From NCBI RefSeq assembly GCF_009914755.1, contig NC_060934.1: a DNA stretch of 64,000 nucleotides. One strand, 5' to 3'. Origin of the DNA: the human T2T-CHM13v2.0 reference genome, Homo sapiens. Position numbers and translations under genes: made by a program. Positions 1-24,886 of the stretch are shown here, piece after piece. Every line of letters begins with the position of its first letter. Within the stretch, counting starts at the first letter, position 1. Under the pieces are notes generated by a model, which saw only the letters and a program-made list of their open reading frames with translations, did no database searches and had not been told where the DNA came from.

Positions 1-805
1 GCAATAAGAAATGCTGGTGAGGATGTGGAGAAAAGGGAACACTTGTACACTGTTGGTGGAAATGTAAATTAGTATAGCCACTATGGAGAACAGTTTGGAA
101 GTTCCTCAAAAAACTAAAAATAGACCCACTATGCGATCCAGCAATTCCACTGCTGAGTATATACCCCAAAGAAAGGAAATCAGTATATCAAAGAGATAGC
201 GGCACTCCCATGTTTATTGCAACACAATAGCCAAGATTTCGAAGTAAACTAAGTGCCCATCAACCGATGAATGGATAAAGAAAATGTGGTGTATATACAT
301 GATGGAGTACTATTCAGCCAGAAAAAAGAATGAGATCCAGTCATTTGCAATAACGTGGATGGAACTAGAGGTCATTATGTTAAGTGAAATATGCCAGGCA
401 CAGAAAGACAAACTTCGCATGTTCTCATCTATTTGTGGGATCTAAAAATCAAAACAATTGGACTCATAGAGACAGAGAGTAGAAGGATGGTTACCAGAGA
501 CTGGGAAGGGTGGGAGGAGTGGGGGGAAAGAGGGGATGGTTAATGGATACAAAATATAGTCAGAAGGAATAAGACTAGTATTTACTAGCACAACAGGTGA
601 CTATAGTCAATAATTTAATTGTACATTTAAAAATACCTAAAAGAGTATAATTCGATTGTAACCTAAAGGATAAATGCTTGAGGAGATGGGTACCCCTTTT
701 AGGCTGATGTGATTATTACACGTTGTATGTCTGTATCAAAATATCTCATGTAACCCATAAATATATGTACCTACTATGTGCCCACAGAAATTAAAAATTA
801 AAGGA
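1..805 (+). mobile_element. LINE-1 3' end (L1MA-like; end of ORF2 plus 3'UTR), cut by the window edge
   Basis: Typical L1 text (gaggatgtggagaaaagggaac..., gaatggataaagaaaatgtgg..., L1MA-type 3'UTR) ending in an A-rich tail. Confidence 0.9.
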
Positions 806-1372
806 AATAAAGAAAATTTTCCTCATAAAATATTAAGGGAAAAATCCAAAAAATGTAAAAAATCAACCACGCAAACCCTAAACTCATTAATGAAAAAATA
901 AACTACTACTTTGCCTGAACTTGATCAATTCAGGTTAACAAATGTTCAGGAGTGCTGAGCTGCAAATCCACACTTCACTAGGTTCAGCTTCCTAAAGGTC
1001 AAAGTTCCAGCAGGAAGCTCTCCCTAGAAACCAAGCTTCAGGAATAAAAAGCCAGAAGAAGGGAAACTGTAATTTGGGAAGGGTAGTTCCATCTGATCTA
1101 CAGCCAAACCAGCCACTCGCAAAATCTAGAACAAGCGGCAGTTCTCTGGTCTCAGGTCACAGCAAAAAATCCTTGCAAAATTGGAACTATTTGCTAAACT
1201 TGGCATTGCTCTCACTGAAAGGTAAGTGAAACAAACAAAAAAAAGGTGATTTTTATATCTAGTTTTTCCATTTTTAACAATAATAACTACTGTTTAATAA
1301 AGTCCCCTGGTATATTAGACATCTGTTTTACACATATTATTTTAAAAATTCTCCCTCTTAATATATATTATT

Positions 1373-2007
<635 letters not shown>

Positions 2008-2283
2008 TAAAGTGCATACACATTACAGTGTTATTAACTATAAGCACAGTCTTGTACAGCAGGTCTTTAGCACTTACTCATCTTGCATGACAGAAACCTT
2101 AAACCTTGATTTTTCATCCCTAAATGGTCTGAAAAGTTTACTCTTCTCATTTTTCAAGGCGAAAACAGCGCGAGAGAGGTTAAATAATTTATCCAAACTT
2201 ACTAAACAAATGCCTTAAACAAAATAGAAACCCAGGTCTGTGTATCCCTAAAGCCTACAGGCTTCTCTTATTTTGCTCAGTAC

Positions 2284-2575
2284 TTTTTTTTTTTTTTTTG
2301 AGATAGGTTCTTGCTCTGTTGCCCAGGCTGGAGTGCAGTGGTGTAATAATAGCTCACTGTAACCTTGAACTCCTGGGCTTAAGCCATCCTCCCACCTTAG
2401 CCTTCCCAGTAGCTAGGACTACAGGTAAGCAGCTAATTAAACAAAAAAATTTCTTTGTAGGCATGGGGTCTCGCTGTGTTGCCCAGGCTGGTCAAAGACT
2501 CCTGGCCTCAAGCAATCCTCCAGCCTTGGCCTCCCAAAGTGCTGGGGTTATAGGCATGAGCCACTGCATTCGGCC
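2284..2575 (-). mobile_element. AluJ-like
   Basis: Alu consensus with poly-T. Confidence 0.9.
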
Positions 2576-2620
2576 TTGCTCACTACTGTCTAAAGTGTTC
2601 TAAGAAAATGTTCTTTTTGA

Positions 2621-3307
<687 letters not shown>

Positions 3308-3977
3308 TTATATATAAATTATATATTACATTATTGTATGTTACATATATTCTGTAACAATACAATAAATAATTTCATATTATTACTTTAATAATTAAAT
3401 TGTATATAATTATGCTGTTAAGCTTGCGGGGAGTTACGCCCCTTTCCTAAGATAAAAACAGACACATCTTTGGGGAGTCAGATCCAGACCCTGGGATCCT
3501 GACTGCCAGCACCTCGCTGTCTCCACCAGCCCCACGTCCTGTCTGCAGCCCCCACGTTTGTTATCTGGGGCCTGTGGATCTACGGGAGTGGCATTGGCTA
3601 ACAAAGGCAGTGACAGAAAAAGTGTCCCCCAAGTCCAGTGGCTCTTAATCTTGAATACACAGTGAATTTCATAGTGTTTAGTCTGACTATCTGGAGAAGT
3701 TCAAATATATTGAGTTGTCACAGTCCCTTTGAGTGACTTGAGTTTTAAAAGGGGGAAAAAAACAGAAAGAAAAATAAAAGATAGACACAAATTTCCCTCA
3801 CAGATACTGCTGCTGCTGGTTTGGAGAAGAAGTGCTTCTGGAGAACCGGAACCTGGTCAGCGGATGAGGACACACGACACTGTGAATGAGCAGTTATGGA
3901 GTCAGGGCAATGCCCTGGGGGTCTTGGAGGATGTCAGAGATCCCACGTTGACTAATTCTGGACACATATTCTGTTCA

Positions 3978-5160
<1,183 letters not shown>

Positions 5161-6395
5161 CCCATGAGGCAATTCGAGATAAAGTACAATAGCCGGCAAT
5201 GGATTCTGAAAATAATTCTTCTCTTCCCTCCCTTTCCCTTTCCTTGTCTTCTCTCTTCCATCCTCCCTCCTTCCTCCACCCTGTCGCCAGAAAAGCTTGG
5301 TATTTGACACTTTTAAATGTCTAGAATGGTGCATTCATCTGGCCTTTTGACCGAGTGAGTTGGTCTTTCCAACCAGAGCTCTAGGTTGAGGAATGTCTAG
5401 CTGGGCTTGGGGAGAATGTCGGGAAATGGATGTGCTCCTGCAGTGTTCTGGAAGTGCAAACTGGTGCAACCTTCCTGGAAAACAATTTAGCAACGTCTAT
5501 GAGTAAGTCACCCTTTGGCCATACTCTCAAAGGCTCACAAAGATAGACGTGCAAGGACACTCATTACAACATTGTTTAACAGAATGTCAATGGGACATTT
5601 CATGTTGTCTCCAAAATGAGGCTGCAGCCCTAAAGCTGAGAATAAGAGGTGCTAAATCCCCATATTTAAAGGACCACCTATGAGCTGGCAGGAGCAGTTC
5701 ATTGACCAATAGTCCCCTCTCCTTCTCCCCATCTTACAATAATAGAAGTCCAGGCATTAGAAAATCACTCAGGTTCAAGGTGAGAGCTACTCCTTTCCTT
5801 CCCTTGAAGCCACATGTGTGGAGCTTCAAGAGAACCTTAGAGACTCAAGATGCTGGCGAGAAGGGAAAGGACTGACATCTTAGTCCTGATCTAGACACTT
5901 GCTAAGATGCAGAAACTCATGGGTCCACACGAGCTCCCATGTTGTTGCAGAACTCAGTGAAAGAGTTCTTGAGAAAGCCAGATCTATTTCTTCAGAAGCC
6001 TGGGAATAGATGAGCAAATAGAGACTGGTCCTTGCTTCTTGCCTGGGTAATTTTGGAATGAAAGGCTTGCTGGAGCAATCAGAGTTGTGTGAGTGTCCCA
6101 AGAGGCAAGCAGAGACCAGGAAAGGTGGCTGAGCTTGAGTTGTCTTGCTGGTATCCTCCTCAAGAAGGCAGGAGGAAGTCCAGTAGGAAGAAGTGTAGAG
6201 TCTATGACCAGGTGTAGGGACTTGCAGAAAAGATTACAAGTCAGAGCACATCATTCAGCCAGGGAACTTTTGGGCCATCCAAAGACTTGTGCAAAAGCTC
6301 CATCAGAGAACCAATATTTGGATGCCTGCCATACAGCAAGGCATGGATAACAGCGAAGATTACATCTGCACTGACTCAGTAAAACAAGTTATACT

Positions 6396-6982
<587 letters not shown>

Positions 6983-8315
6983 GAGAGAGAGAGAGACAAA
7001 ACAGTTATATCATTTTCATGAATCCCTCTTCCCTAACCATCTTGACTCTGGAGGAACCAGAAGCCCTAGAGTATGGGGAGGTCCCATAAGCCATTGGAAA
7101 CTCCAGAACTGAAGGTGGGTGTGGGCTTGGCACTGGGTGGCAGATTGAAGATTTATGACTGGAGTGAATTTTTAGTACCGGCTATGGTAGATGTGTAAAA
7201 TTACTACACTCTTGCATCACACCAAGCATGAAAGAGTTTACATTCCAGAGAAAAAGGTTTATCGCTGTCTCTTGGTTTTTCAGACTATTGAAGGCCAAGT
7301 GTTCAGATGGTCTTGTTTTGTGGGACAGATAGGACTTCACACCATTGCTGGTGCAAGTTTTCTGGAGGAAGTGGGCTGTGAGATGAATTCTGAATTAAAG
7401 GAAGAATTCTTGGATCTTGGATAGAGTCGCAGGCGCCTCTGATGACAACTTGCAGGAGAAAGAAGGAAACCAAATGTCTTTTTGCATAATTGGCAGGGAA
7501 AGGATCCCTAAATGGAACTGGGAGGTGATATAATCAGGGCTAATTTGATAAAGAGTCTCGAAATCAAATGTGACTACATTGACTCTACCGTGGAAGCATC
7601 CATTGATTATGTTGTCAAAGATGCAGGTGAGAGCAATGGATTTTAATGACAGTGTTTTGAACCATTCGTAAGGAAGGGAGTACGAAGGGAATACTGCCAG
7701 TTAATGTGTTTTATTTCAGATGAGAAATAAATCCAGATTATCCTGGGGACTTTCCAGTGGAGGAAAAAAACTAAATCAAAACCAAACCGAAAATCAAGAG
7801 TGTAGCTGAGCCAGTTGCAGGAAGAAATGGCAAATTATTCCAAGGGTTCTATCTGAGGGAGGGAAACAATGGATAATCAGTCTATCGAGGGAAAATGTGT
7901 TAGAGGCTTCAATGTAGTTATTTAGCTTTCTTTGAAATACAATGAAGCATGATTGCATTTTAAATTAATTCCTAGCCTGCCAGCCTTTGAATTTTTCATG
8001 TTTACTTTTACTTTGCATGCCGACTTGATTTTCTTTCTTTTTACAAATCGCCAACAAAATTCAAGAGGATAATGTTCCAGATAAGCAATGTTTATTTGGT
8101 TAGCAAGTATTTATTGCACATTTACCCTGTAGTTGATGGGGAGGAAGGAGCCAAGGTGCGTTTATTACCTATTAAGTATTGAAATAGAGACTTTCTTATA
8201 CATTATTTCATATTAATCTGTACAACACCTCTGTGATGTAAGTACTATCATTTTCATTTTTCATTTTAGGAATCTGAGCCTCGAAGAGGTTATGTGACTT
8301 ATCCCAAAAAGTGTC

Positions 8316-8669
8316 TGTATCAGTCTGTTCTCACACTGTTAATAAAGACATACCCGAGACTGCATAATTTATAAAGGAAAAAGGTTTAATGAACTCACAT
8401 CCACATGGCTGGGGAGGCCTCACGTTCATGGCTGAAGGCGAATGAGGAGCAAAGTCACGTCTTACATGAAGGCAGGCAAGAGAGCTTGGGCAGGGGAACT
8501 CCCCTTTATAAAAGCATCAGATCTCGTGAGAGTTATTCACTACCATGAGAACAGTATGGGGAAACCGCCCCCTATGATTCAATTATCTCCACCTGGCCCT
8601 GCCCTTGACACATGGGGATTATTACACTTCAAGGTGAGATTTGGTTGGGGACATAGCCAAACCATATCA
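8316..8669 (-). mobile_element. THE1 (MaLR) solo LTR with 5-bp TSD GTGTC
   Basis: Reverse complement of the THE1 start (TGATATGGTTTGGCT...). GTGTC at 8311-8315 and 8670-8674. Confidence 0.92.
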
Positions 8670-10195
8670 GTGTCTTAGCAAATTATTATAGCGCTTGCAG
8701 TACCACGCTATAGTTAACTGTTTACTTCGTAGGGCAGACGTTTGCCTACACAATGTTCCATCATCTCCCTTGTCATTAGAATCCACTTACCCCTGTAGAC
8801 ATTGTATACACCAGCTTCTCACTCCACCAGCTTCTCTTGCAGCTAGAGGTGGGACTGTGGCTCTCTTTTGTCAAAGAGACATCAACACATCTCCTGAGGG
8901 TGGGGGTAGGGGAGCATCAAGGAAATCTTTGGATTTGATGTATTCATTGAACTGCTGCAACTACTGTCCAGCCACTTGGCAGATGGAAAAATATCCTCTG
9001 TGGGGTCACAGAGCCACTGAGTTCTAGGACCAACCACCTGCAGGCTTCTTGCTATGGAAAATGAGCTCACAGCAATAGAGACGGCTTGTATGTGGCTATT
9101 CTCTTGCGAGCAGCTGAGTACATTCTGCCCAATACAGGCAGGGCAGGCTTGCCCCAGTGTGCCTGGATTCTCACCACCCCCTTGCAGGAAAAGGTCTCTG
9201 CCCACAGGTCACTACCTGGGAGCCAGGACAGCCAGCTCGCAGGCTGGCAGGACCATCCAATGGCCCTGTACGACAGCAGCCCTTCAAAGAGGGTCTGAAG
9301 ACCAAATTAGATTCTCGCTTTGGGGAATTTGAACTGGAGATACAGGGAGATGTTTCTCATGTAGGGGAGGAGGAAGAAATAGTAAACAAACAAAAGAGAT
9401 AAAACCACAGAGGTTTAGAGGAAAGCTGAGTTATCTCTTGGCAGAGCAGGCGCTCCAGTGAATATCCATCCATAAACTCCCAACGCCCAGGGAGGACGGG
9501 ACAACCAGAGGTGACCACGGTGTGTGCCAGTTGTCCTTGTTCAAAGCCTCTGCTCCTCCCTCAGCTAGATTTTGCTGTTTAATGCTCCTCTGTTGTCAAT
9601 TTTATTTTTAGTTTCTGGGGCAAACTGGCTGAGGAGGGAGCAGGCTAAGCAGGCCCATGCTGAGAGCATTGCAGGATGTGTCAGGTCTGCCGTTGGCTCC
9701 TTGAGCTTTGAAGAGCTTAGGAAAGTGAGCCTTGCTTTCAGGGGCTCCATGAGGGCCTTGAATCCTAGAAACACCATGAGATCTGATTGATGCTGGGGCT
9801 GGTGCACCCTCAGGCCAGGGTCTCGGGGACCACAGAGCAGCCCAGGCTGGCCTCTCCATGGCTGGGACCATATCGTCTCCCTGTCAAATCCCTTCAGTAG
9901 ACCCACACAGGCTTCAGTAGTTTCAGACTTCCCAGTCACTTGTCACCCTAGTCTCCCATCGACCTGTTCACTAGTTGTTACCCATGTTCTGGACACAGAG
10001 TGGCCATCCTGTCCCTCGACTCCCCCTGTGAGGCCTGGCAGTAAGGCCAGGTTCCTGAGGGCCTGCTTGCTTCATGGTCACAACAGCTGCAGAGGAAGAC
10101 CTACCAACCCGATGTGAGCTGAGACACGTCCTGCAAACAAAACAGCCTGCCCCACCCAACTCGCCTGTTCCTACTTCTAAGCTCTGATCTTCATG

Positions 10196-11197
<1,002 letters not shown>

Positions 11198-11745
11198 CTT
11201 GAAAGCAGTAGTCACACCTGATTCAGCTTTTCATTCCCTCATCAGAGCACAGTTTCGACATACCATAGTGTCCAATAAATGTGAATTCAGGGGAATCTTG
11301 AATGAAATGGCAGAGCTGGTATTTTAACCCAGGTCTTCGAATCAACAAATGAAGTGCTGGATGTCATAGCTGGGCACCTACAGGGAATTAAAGAAAGAAT
11401 ACACCATGGTTTGCCCACTGGGAGGATAACCTTGTTCCAGTGGCAGGACATACAATTGATACAAATTATATCACACCATGTGGAGTGGGCTGGTGAGGAG
11501 GTGAGGAAGGGGGTCCAGAAAGGATGGGAAGTGAGCTAGCCCTAAGAGGCTGGTTTGCTTTGGGGTTCCAGGAGTAGCAAGGAGAGGCAGGAAGGGCAAC
11601 TCCAGCCAGAAAACCCAGGATCTGAGATTGAGGTCTGAGTTTCAGCATGGTGGTCTAGGATGGGATGAAAGTTCAAGAAAAATTGGGGCTTTGACAGAGC
11701 TTTGGAAGGTCTGAACCAAAAGATGGCATTGAAAATAACCTTGCA

Positions 11746-12134
<389 letters not shown>

Positions 12135-12142
12135 TTAATAGA

Positions 12143-12745
12143 GACTGGGCATGGTGGCTCATGCCTGTCATCCCAGTGCTTTGGGAGGCTGAGGTGGGAG
12201 GGTCACTTGAGCTCAGGGTTTGAGACCAGCCTGGGCAACATAGTAAGACCTTGTCTCTACAAAAATAAAACTTAAAAAAATTAGCCAGGACCCGGCGCTG
12301 TGGCTCACACCTGTAACCCCAACACTCTCGGAGTCCGAGGCAGGTGGATCACTTGAGGTCAGGAGTTCGAGACCAGACTGGCTAACATGATGAAACCCCG
12401 TCTCTACTAAAAATACAAAAAAATTAGCCTGGTGTGGTGGCTCATGCCTGTAATTTTAGCTACTCAGGAGGTTGAGGCAGCAGAATCACTTGAACCCGGG
12501 AGGCTGAGGTTGCTGTGAGCCAAGATCATGCCACTGCACTCCAGCCTGGGCAACAGAGCGAGACTCCTCAAAAAAAAAAAAAATTAGCCAGGCTTGATGG
12601 CACTTGCCTGTCATCTCAGCTACTTGGAAGGCTGAGGCAGGAGGATTACTTGAGCCCAGGAGTTAGAGGCTGCAGTGAGCTATGATCATACCACTATACT
12701 CCAGCCTGGGTGACAGAGTGAGACTCTGTCTCTAAAAAAAGAAAA
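12143..12745 (+). mobile_element. AluJ with an AluS (~12289-12582) nested in its central A-rich linker
   Basis: Left arm, then a full Alu, then the right arm. The junction aaaaaaattagccagg is duplicated. Confidence 0.88.
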
Positions 12746-13708
12746 AGAGTTAATAAAAAATGTAATCCTTCCTCAGTAAAAAGATTGTTTTAAGGCTATG
12801 ATAATTAATGAACAACTTAGGAAATATTTTTGTTTTTTTAACCATATGGATTATGGATGCGGTTGTGCAGAAATACTGCCATTTCAAAATTAAAATTGCT
12901 TCCAATATTCATGATGAAATTGTAAGTGAATTCTTCATACAACTAAGTATATCTTTTCCTATTTTCTCAATGAGTATACTGGATTGTTTAACATCTACAA
13001 TTATGCTTCATGTTTCAACTTGCACTTAGTTTTTCCATAATTATTTATTGTTTGGAACAAGCAAACTCGGAGAAGTTTAAAGTTTGCTTTTTAAAGATCA
13101 AACACGACTCCAGGATTTTCACATATATTTCAGGAGAAAACTCTTAGAATACTGTATTTTTCAAAAACAAGTAACATGAAAGATAGCGTGTTTGACTGTG
13201 TGCAACTCCTTAGCAAAACTGTGGGAAACCACACCCGCTCTTGAGAAAATATTCAGAGTGTGCAAAAATGAACTGCTCTTTAAATGTTAAGAAATGCAAA
13301 ACTTAAAGGCCACTATCCTCCCATCCTCCACTGTCTACAATGTGTCACCATATCCGCCCCTCCAGCATCGCCGCCATGGGTCTGCCCATGAAGATGGTGG
13401 TGTTGGAAAACTACCTCTGAGACATTTAGAGTTTGTAATGGAAATTTTAGTAAGCCAGTAGCTTAGGCAGCATGGGCATTTTAGAAAGCCATTCTCCAGC
13501 TCCTCCTCCTGAGTGTGTGTGTAGTCTCTGACTTCCTGAAATGATATGACAGGAGGCCACTTTTTAACTTGTACCTTAAGATAATCCTTTTGATGATGTT
13601 ACACAACTTTCCAAATTTTGTTGATTGGTTGGTACCGTCATTCTTTTATTTATTCTTTCAACATTGGAGTGCATATCATCACCCCAACTTCGGTTTTTTA
13701 CATTTTAA

Positions 13709-16971
<3,263 letters not shown>

Positions 16972-17699
16972 CTCTCTCTTTTACAAGGAAGAGAGTGCTC
17001 TTTGTGTCTGGCTGTGAAAAGAATAATTCCTTTGAGCTATGGGTAATTAGAGATGAGGAGAGAAGGTTTATTTCATCAACACTTTGCCAATTACCTGTTG
17101 TACTGATAGCTCAAATCACACCTAACTTTCTTTTTAAATAACCAGGGCAGGGTGAGCTGTCACAGAGCACTTTCTGCACACCTCCATTATGGTATTCCTG
17201 AGTTGCCACACATTTGGGTAGCTCCTGGGGGCTCATGTGAATAATTTCCATTCAGTTTCAGTTCTCCCTCATATACCCAAGTGGCTGAATCAAATGAAGC
17301 ACTCTTTAATCCCGGGCTTAAAAAAAAAAAAAAAGAAGGAAAGAAAACATCTACTGATGGAGCACATGAACAAAAAGAAAAGAGAAAAACTGCAGGTTAG
17401 AACATTGATCAATACTAACTTCATACCCCTGGTCCCCCCGTAGAAGATTCTCAAAGGCCAGGCATTTCTCTGTAGGAAAGATTTGGAGGGAGAAGGATGC
17501 AATAATGCTGATAACTTTCTTAAGCCAGGACTTGGCTGGCCTGGTGGCTGCACTCTCAGTAGCTCTTTTGTTCTTATGAAAAGACCCAGAAGGGTCAAGG
17601 TCAACTTCAAGATATCTGAATAAGGTGTCAGCTGTGGCAGCTGAGTTGGTGCTCAGCTCTCTCATAGACCTCCTCTCCCTGCCCAAGTCCTTAAGAATC

Positions 17700-18348
<649 letters not shown>

Positions 18349-18736
18349 GGATTCCACTGGACTTTTTTCCCTAAGGCTGTTACAGCAGATGGGGAAAGAT
18401 GGCTTGTCTCTTATGACCCCATACATTTTTACATAGGCATACAATCTTTATTTATCCATGCCAGGCCTCAGTGTATCCCTGTATATCTTGCGCTGACCAG
18501 CACAGTCCTTGGAATGGCTTGAACTTTTCTATTTGCACCCTGACCATCAGCATGACCATAACAACTTACAATCTGAAATTGCTTCACCTTTTTTGGTTCG
18601 AACAACGTGAGATAATCCCAAACCAAACTTGAAAATTATCCACCACACTTATTGCTAGGACTCCTTGCACGAGTGAGCTGTGAGGACAGAACCCTGTTGT
18701 ACTTATCTCTGCATCTCCAGGACTTTGTTTTGTGCT

Positions 18737-19771
<1,035 letters not shown>

Positions 19772-19941
19772 GTGCTTATTGCATAGTACTTGAGACATAA
19801 CTGCTAAATAGGGCATGACACTGAATAAACTAAAACAGCACGCACTATCATTAGAGACTTGATCCTCTCTGACATCAGCCTTTAAAGACCTGGATATGAG
19901 CAACGGGAGTCAATGGAAACACCGGCAAGAGAACAGTGGAC

Positions 19942-20224
19942 GGCCGGGCGCAGTGGCTCACGCCTGTAATCCCAGCACTTTGGGAGGCCGAGGCAGGCGG
20001 ATCACGAGGTCAGGAGATTGAGACCATCCTGGCTAACACGGTGAAAGCCCGTCTCTACTAAAAAATACAAAAGAATTAGCCGGGCGTGGTGGCAGGCACC
20101 TATAGTCCCAGCTACTCAGGAGACTGAGGCAGGAGAATGTCATGAACCAAGGAGGTGGAGCTTGCAGTGAGCCGAGATCGCGCCACTGCACTCCAGCCTG
20201 GGCGACAGAGCGAGACTCCGTCTC

Positions 20225-20250
<26 letters not shown>
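19942..20250 (+). mobile_element. AluY with TSD aagagaaca(g/a)tggac
   Basis: AluY diagnostics, long poly-A, TSD. Confidence 0.93.
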
Positions 20251-20255
<5 letters not shown>

Positions 20256-21169
20256 CAATGGACTAAACCTAACTCTTACTCAACAGGAAATTATTACTTA
20301 ACAGAATTTGCCCATGTTCTCCAATAAAGAAGGGAAGGGGAAATAGTTAAGGCAGATTCAGATTAAAAATAGCAACTTGTAATTTATGCATAGATATTTT
20401 TCAGCCATCACGCCCCCACATATCTTCGGTGTGGAATGCTTTGGATAGATGGCGCCAGGAAATCCATATGTAGGGCAAAAAGCATGGGAAAAGATTCCCC
20501 AGTTAGATCATGCTCCTGATGTATTATCTCTGAAGGTCCTCAAAATTATCCTTTTTTTAGAGTAGAAAATCCATTTTGAAAGGGCTCCACTTGGGCTGGG
20601 CTGGACGCTACTGCATATCACCAAAGTAGGTCACCTCTGTGTGGACAATGAAGCCAACCTCAGTTTTAACCTTGCATTAAATCTGCAAAGGAGGAGATTG
20701 GACCAGGTGACCTCTGACGGCCTTCTGGCTCCACCTTCTGTGATGACGTCAAACCGTCAGACGTAGATCTGGAAGCAGTGACCCTCTCTCTTTGCATGAG
20801 TTTCTCTTTTTTCTCTGAGTTACAGTTTTGAGGGCAGCTGCTAATTTTTTTAATCCCTCGAATAACTCAGTTTTAGGAACATTCGCTCTCCCTAAGCCTT
20901 ACCTTGAAACCAGTGTAGGATTTTGCTGCCACCCCGGAAGATGCTGAGTGGACTCAGCTTCCTATCCGTTTTCTCCCTCTGGTGTGAGCCCACACTCCCG
21001 GCGCTGGGAAATGGCTCTGTTCTAGGAGTGCGGCTGTCATCCTCTTCCTCTGCCCAGTGCTCTCTGCTACATCTTTTTTTTTTTTTTCTAAAACACAATC
21101 ACACAACTAGCTACAAATAAATCCCTCTTGCCACTGCCTAGGAAAATGGTTTTCAAACATTATGATTTT

Positions 21170-21610
<441 letters not shown>

Positions 21611-22288
21611 TAAAAAAAGGTGGAATCGTTTTTGAAACAGTAATTGCCTAAGACCCGAATACATGACTCAATAAAGATCGGAAGATGTCACCTGCCCGGG
21701 TTATCTTCCCACCCCCAGAACCCTGATGCACTTCAGAATAATTTTAAAATCAATTGCTCTGGATACTGAAGAAACGAAGAGTATGAGAAAAATAAGCATC
21801 ATTGGAAACCATCTGTCTGCACCCGTAGATATCACAAATGTGTGGTGAAAAAAAAATAAGACCAACTTGGGCCTGCTTTGAAGAGAGCTCTCTCTGGTTC
21901 TTTCATTCTCCCTTTTATATTTATGGATGCATTATGACCTGGGTCAACCAAAAAATAGAAAAATAAAGTGGAGCAGGAAGCCAAAGATTGAGTCATACAG
22001 AATTATATCTTTAACAGAACTAGATCCACCTAAAAGAATGATAAACAGGATGTGTCAAACATCATAGTATGAGGCTGAAGTTAAAGAAACAATCTCTATT
22101 TAAGGGTACCAAGAATAGCATCATTTTCATCTCGGCTGTAACCAAAGCCAGATAGCATGCTTAGCATAGTCTTTTAATCTGGAACTATCTTTTTGCTAGC
22201 TGGGTTTTATCCATTCCAGCCCTTCATTTAATGGCCAGGCTTCCATCTCGGCTTCTGCCTTAGGGAGATTAAAAATGGTGATTTAGGG

Positions 22289-22667
22289 GGCCGGGCGCGG
22301 TGGCTCATGCCTGTAATCCCAGAACTTTAGGAGGTCGAGGTGGGTGGATCACAAGGTCAGGAGACTGAGACCATCCTGCCCAACATGGTAAAACCCCGTC
22401 TCTACTAAAAATACAAAAAATTAGCTGGGCATGGTGGCAGCTCACTGCAACCTCTGCCTCCCAAGGCTCAAGCCATCCTCTTACCTCAGTCCTCCATAGT
22501 TAGGACTATGGGCATGCACCAACACACCTGGATAATTTTTGTATTTTTGGTAGAGACAGGGTTTCGCCATAACGCCCAGGCTGGTTTCAAACTCCTGGGC
22601 TGGAGCCATACACCCACCTCAGCCTTCCAGAGTGCTGGGATTAGAGGCATGAGCCTCCGCACCTGGC
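22289..22667. mobile_element. Fused inverted Alu chimera: AluS(+) 22289-~22439 joined directly to AluJ(-) ~22440-22667
   Basis: Orientation switches at ...ggcatggtggca|gctcactgcaacc...; both poly-A tails are missing. Confidence 0.88.
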
Positions 22668-23213
22668 TTTCATGTGTACCTTGAGTCAGGATCCTGCAGA
22701 ATCCCTGCTGCAACTTGGAAGGCGCATTGTGAAGCCATGCTCCTGAGCTGCAGTTGTGGTGCAGAGGACTGAACATTTGAATTAATGTATTGAATTAGTT
22801 TGCTTTGGCATTCAATCTTTACTTTGCTGGGGTGGGAGGGGATGGCAATAATGGAGAACATGTGGTCAGAGGGAGAGTTGTGGTCAGCACTTCTCTCTCC
22901 CTCCTGTAGCTTTAGCCTCTTTGCTCGCAGAAGTTTCTGCCCCCTCCCCTAACCCTGGGCTTGGGAGTAAAGCAGGGATAGGGTCAGAGGGTGGGAGGGT
23001 GCCTGGAGTTCTCAGCACTGCTTTGTCCAAAGAAATCCTCCAAAATGCTCTCACTGTCTCTCATGACCCTTTTTAAAGTGGACTAAGCATTGTGGGGCCG
23101 GTTTCCAGGCATTCTCTTTGTAAATTCCGCACACTGACACCCTGTTACACCGGTATCCAATTCTGGAGAAGGGCTCTCCCTTTCTGATCCATTCAAAGGA
23201 TTCTTAAGACTAA

Positions 23214-24150
<937 letters not shown>

Positions 24151-24886
24151 TAAGACAGTGAAGGCTGAAGTTTGTAGTTCAGTCTGCACTGGACCTCCCT
24201 CAGGTCTCTGAACTCTTTGCCACATGTGGCTGCAACATTATTTAGCAAGAGGCATCCCCCACTCTGTGTTGTGTGGCCTCTTCAGCAAAGAGGTGCCTGA
24301 CAGTCCCCTCTGAATAATGACATAGTTTTCTCTAACAACCAGAATTTGTCTTTCAAAGATGTTTATGCTAATCTCAGCTGTAAGATCTCAGACAGTCCTA
24401 AGAGAAAGGCATGTTGAATCCATCCATTACCTATCCCCACAATCTTCTAGGGTTCCAGGGCTTTCATCCTGAGTGAAACCTACACTGCTTGTTCCCTTTT
24501 TTCATTATTTAGTGTGAGTGAAGCCAAAACTCAGTCATTCTCCGAGGTGGAGAAATTTCATACAGATTTTGATGTCTGATATTCTATCTGCTTGCACTGT
24601 TAAATTTCTCAAATATGTATATTTGTTTTCTCAGCAAAATCGTAAATTTATTGGGGAAATGAGGAATCATAGTTCATCTTTCCATGGGAAGGAGCCAGCT
24701 GCCCTGGGATCTCAGCAGCTTCACTGGTGAAGAGGGTGGGAACACTTTCCCCCTGAGCAGAGGCTGCGGCTACAAGGCTTGTTGGTGACAAGGACAAGGA
24801 TAAGTCAAGACTTCCATAAACTTGAAGCAAGGAGGTGAACAGGAAGCTCCTGGTGAATTTCCTATTCACATCTTCAAAACTTTTAT

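Noticed and set aside
13370-13420. Perfect Kozak context GCCGCCATGG opening MGLPMKMVVLENYL*
   Set aside because: Only 14 codons, with no promoter or exon context; compatible with chance.
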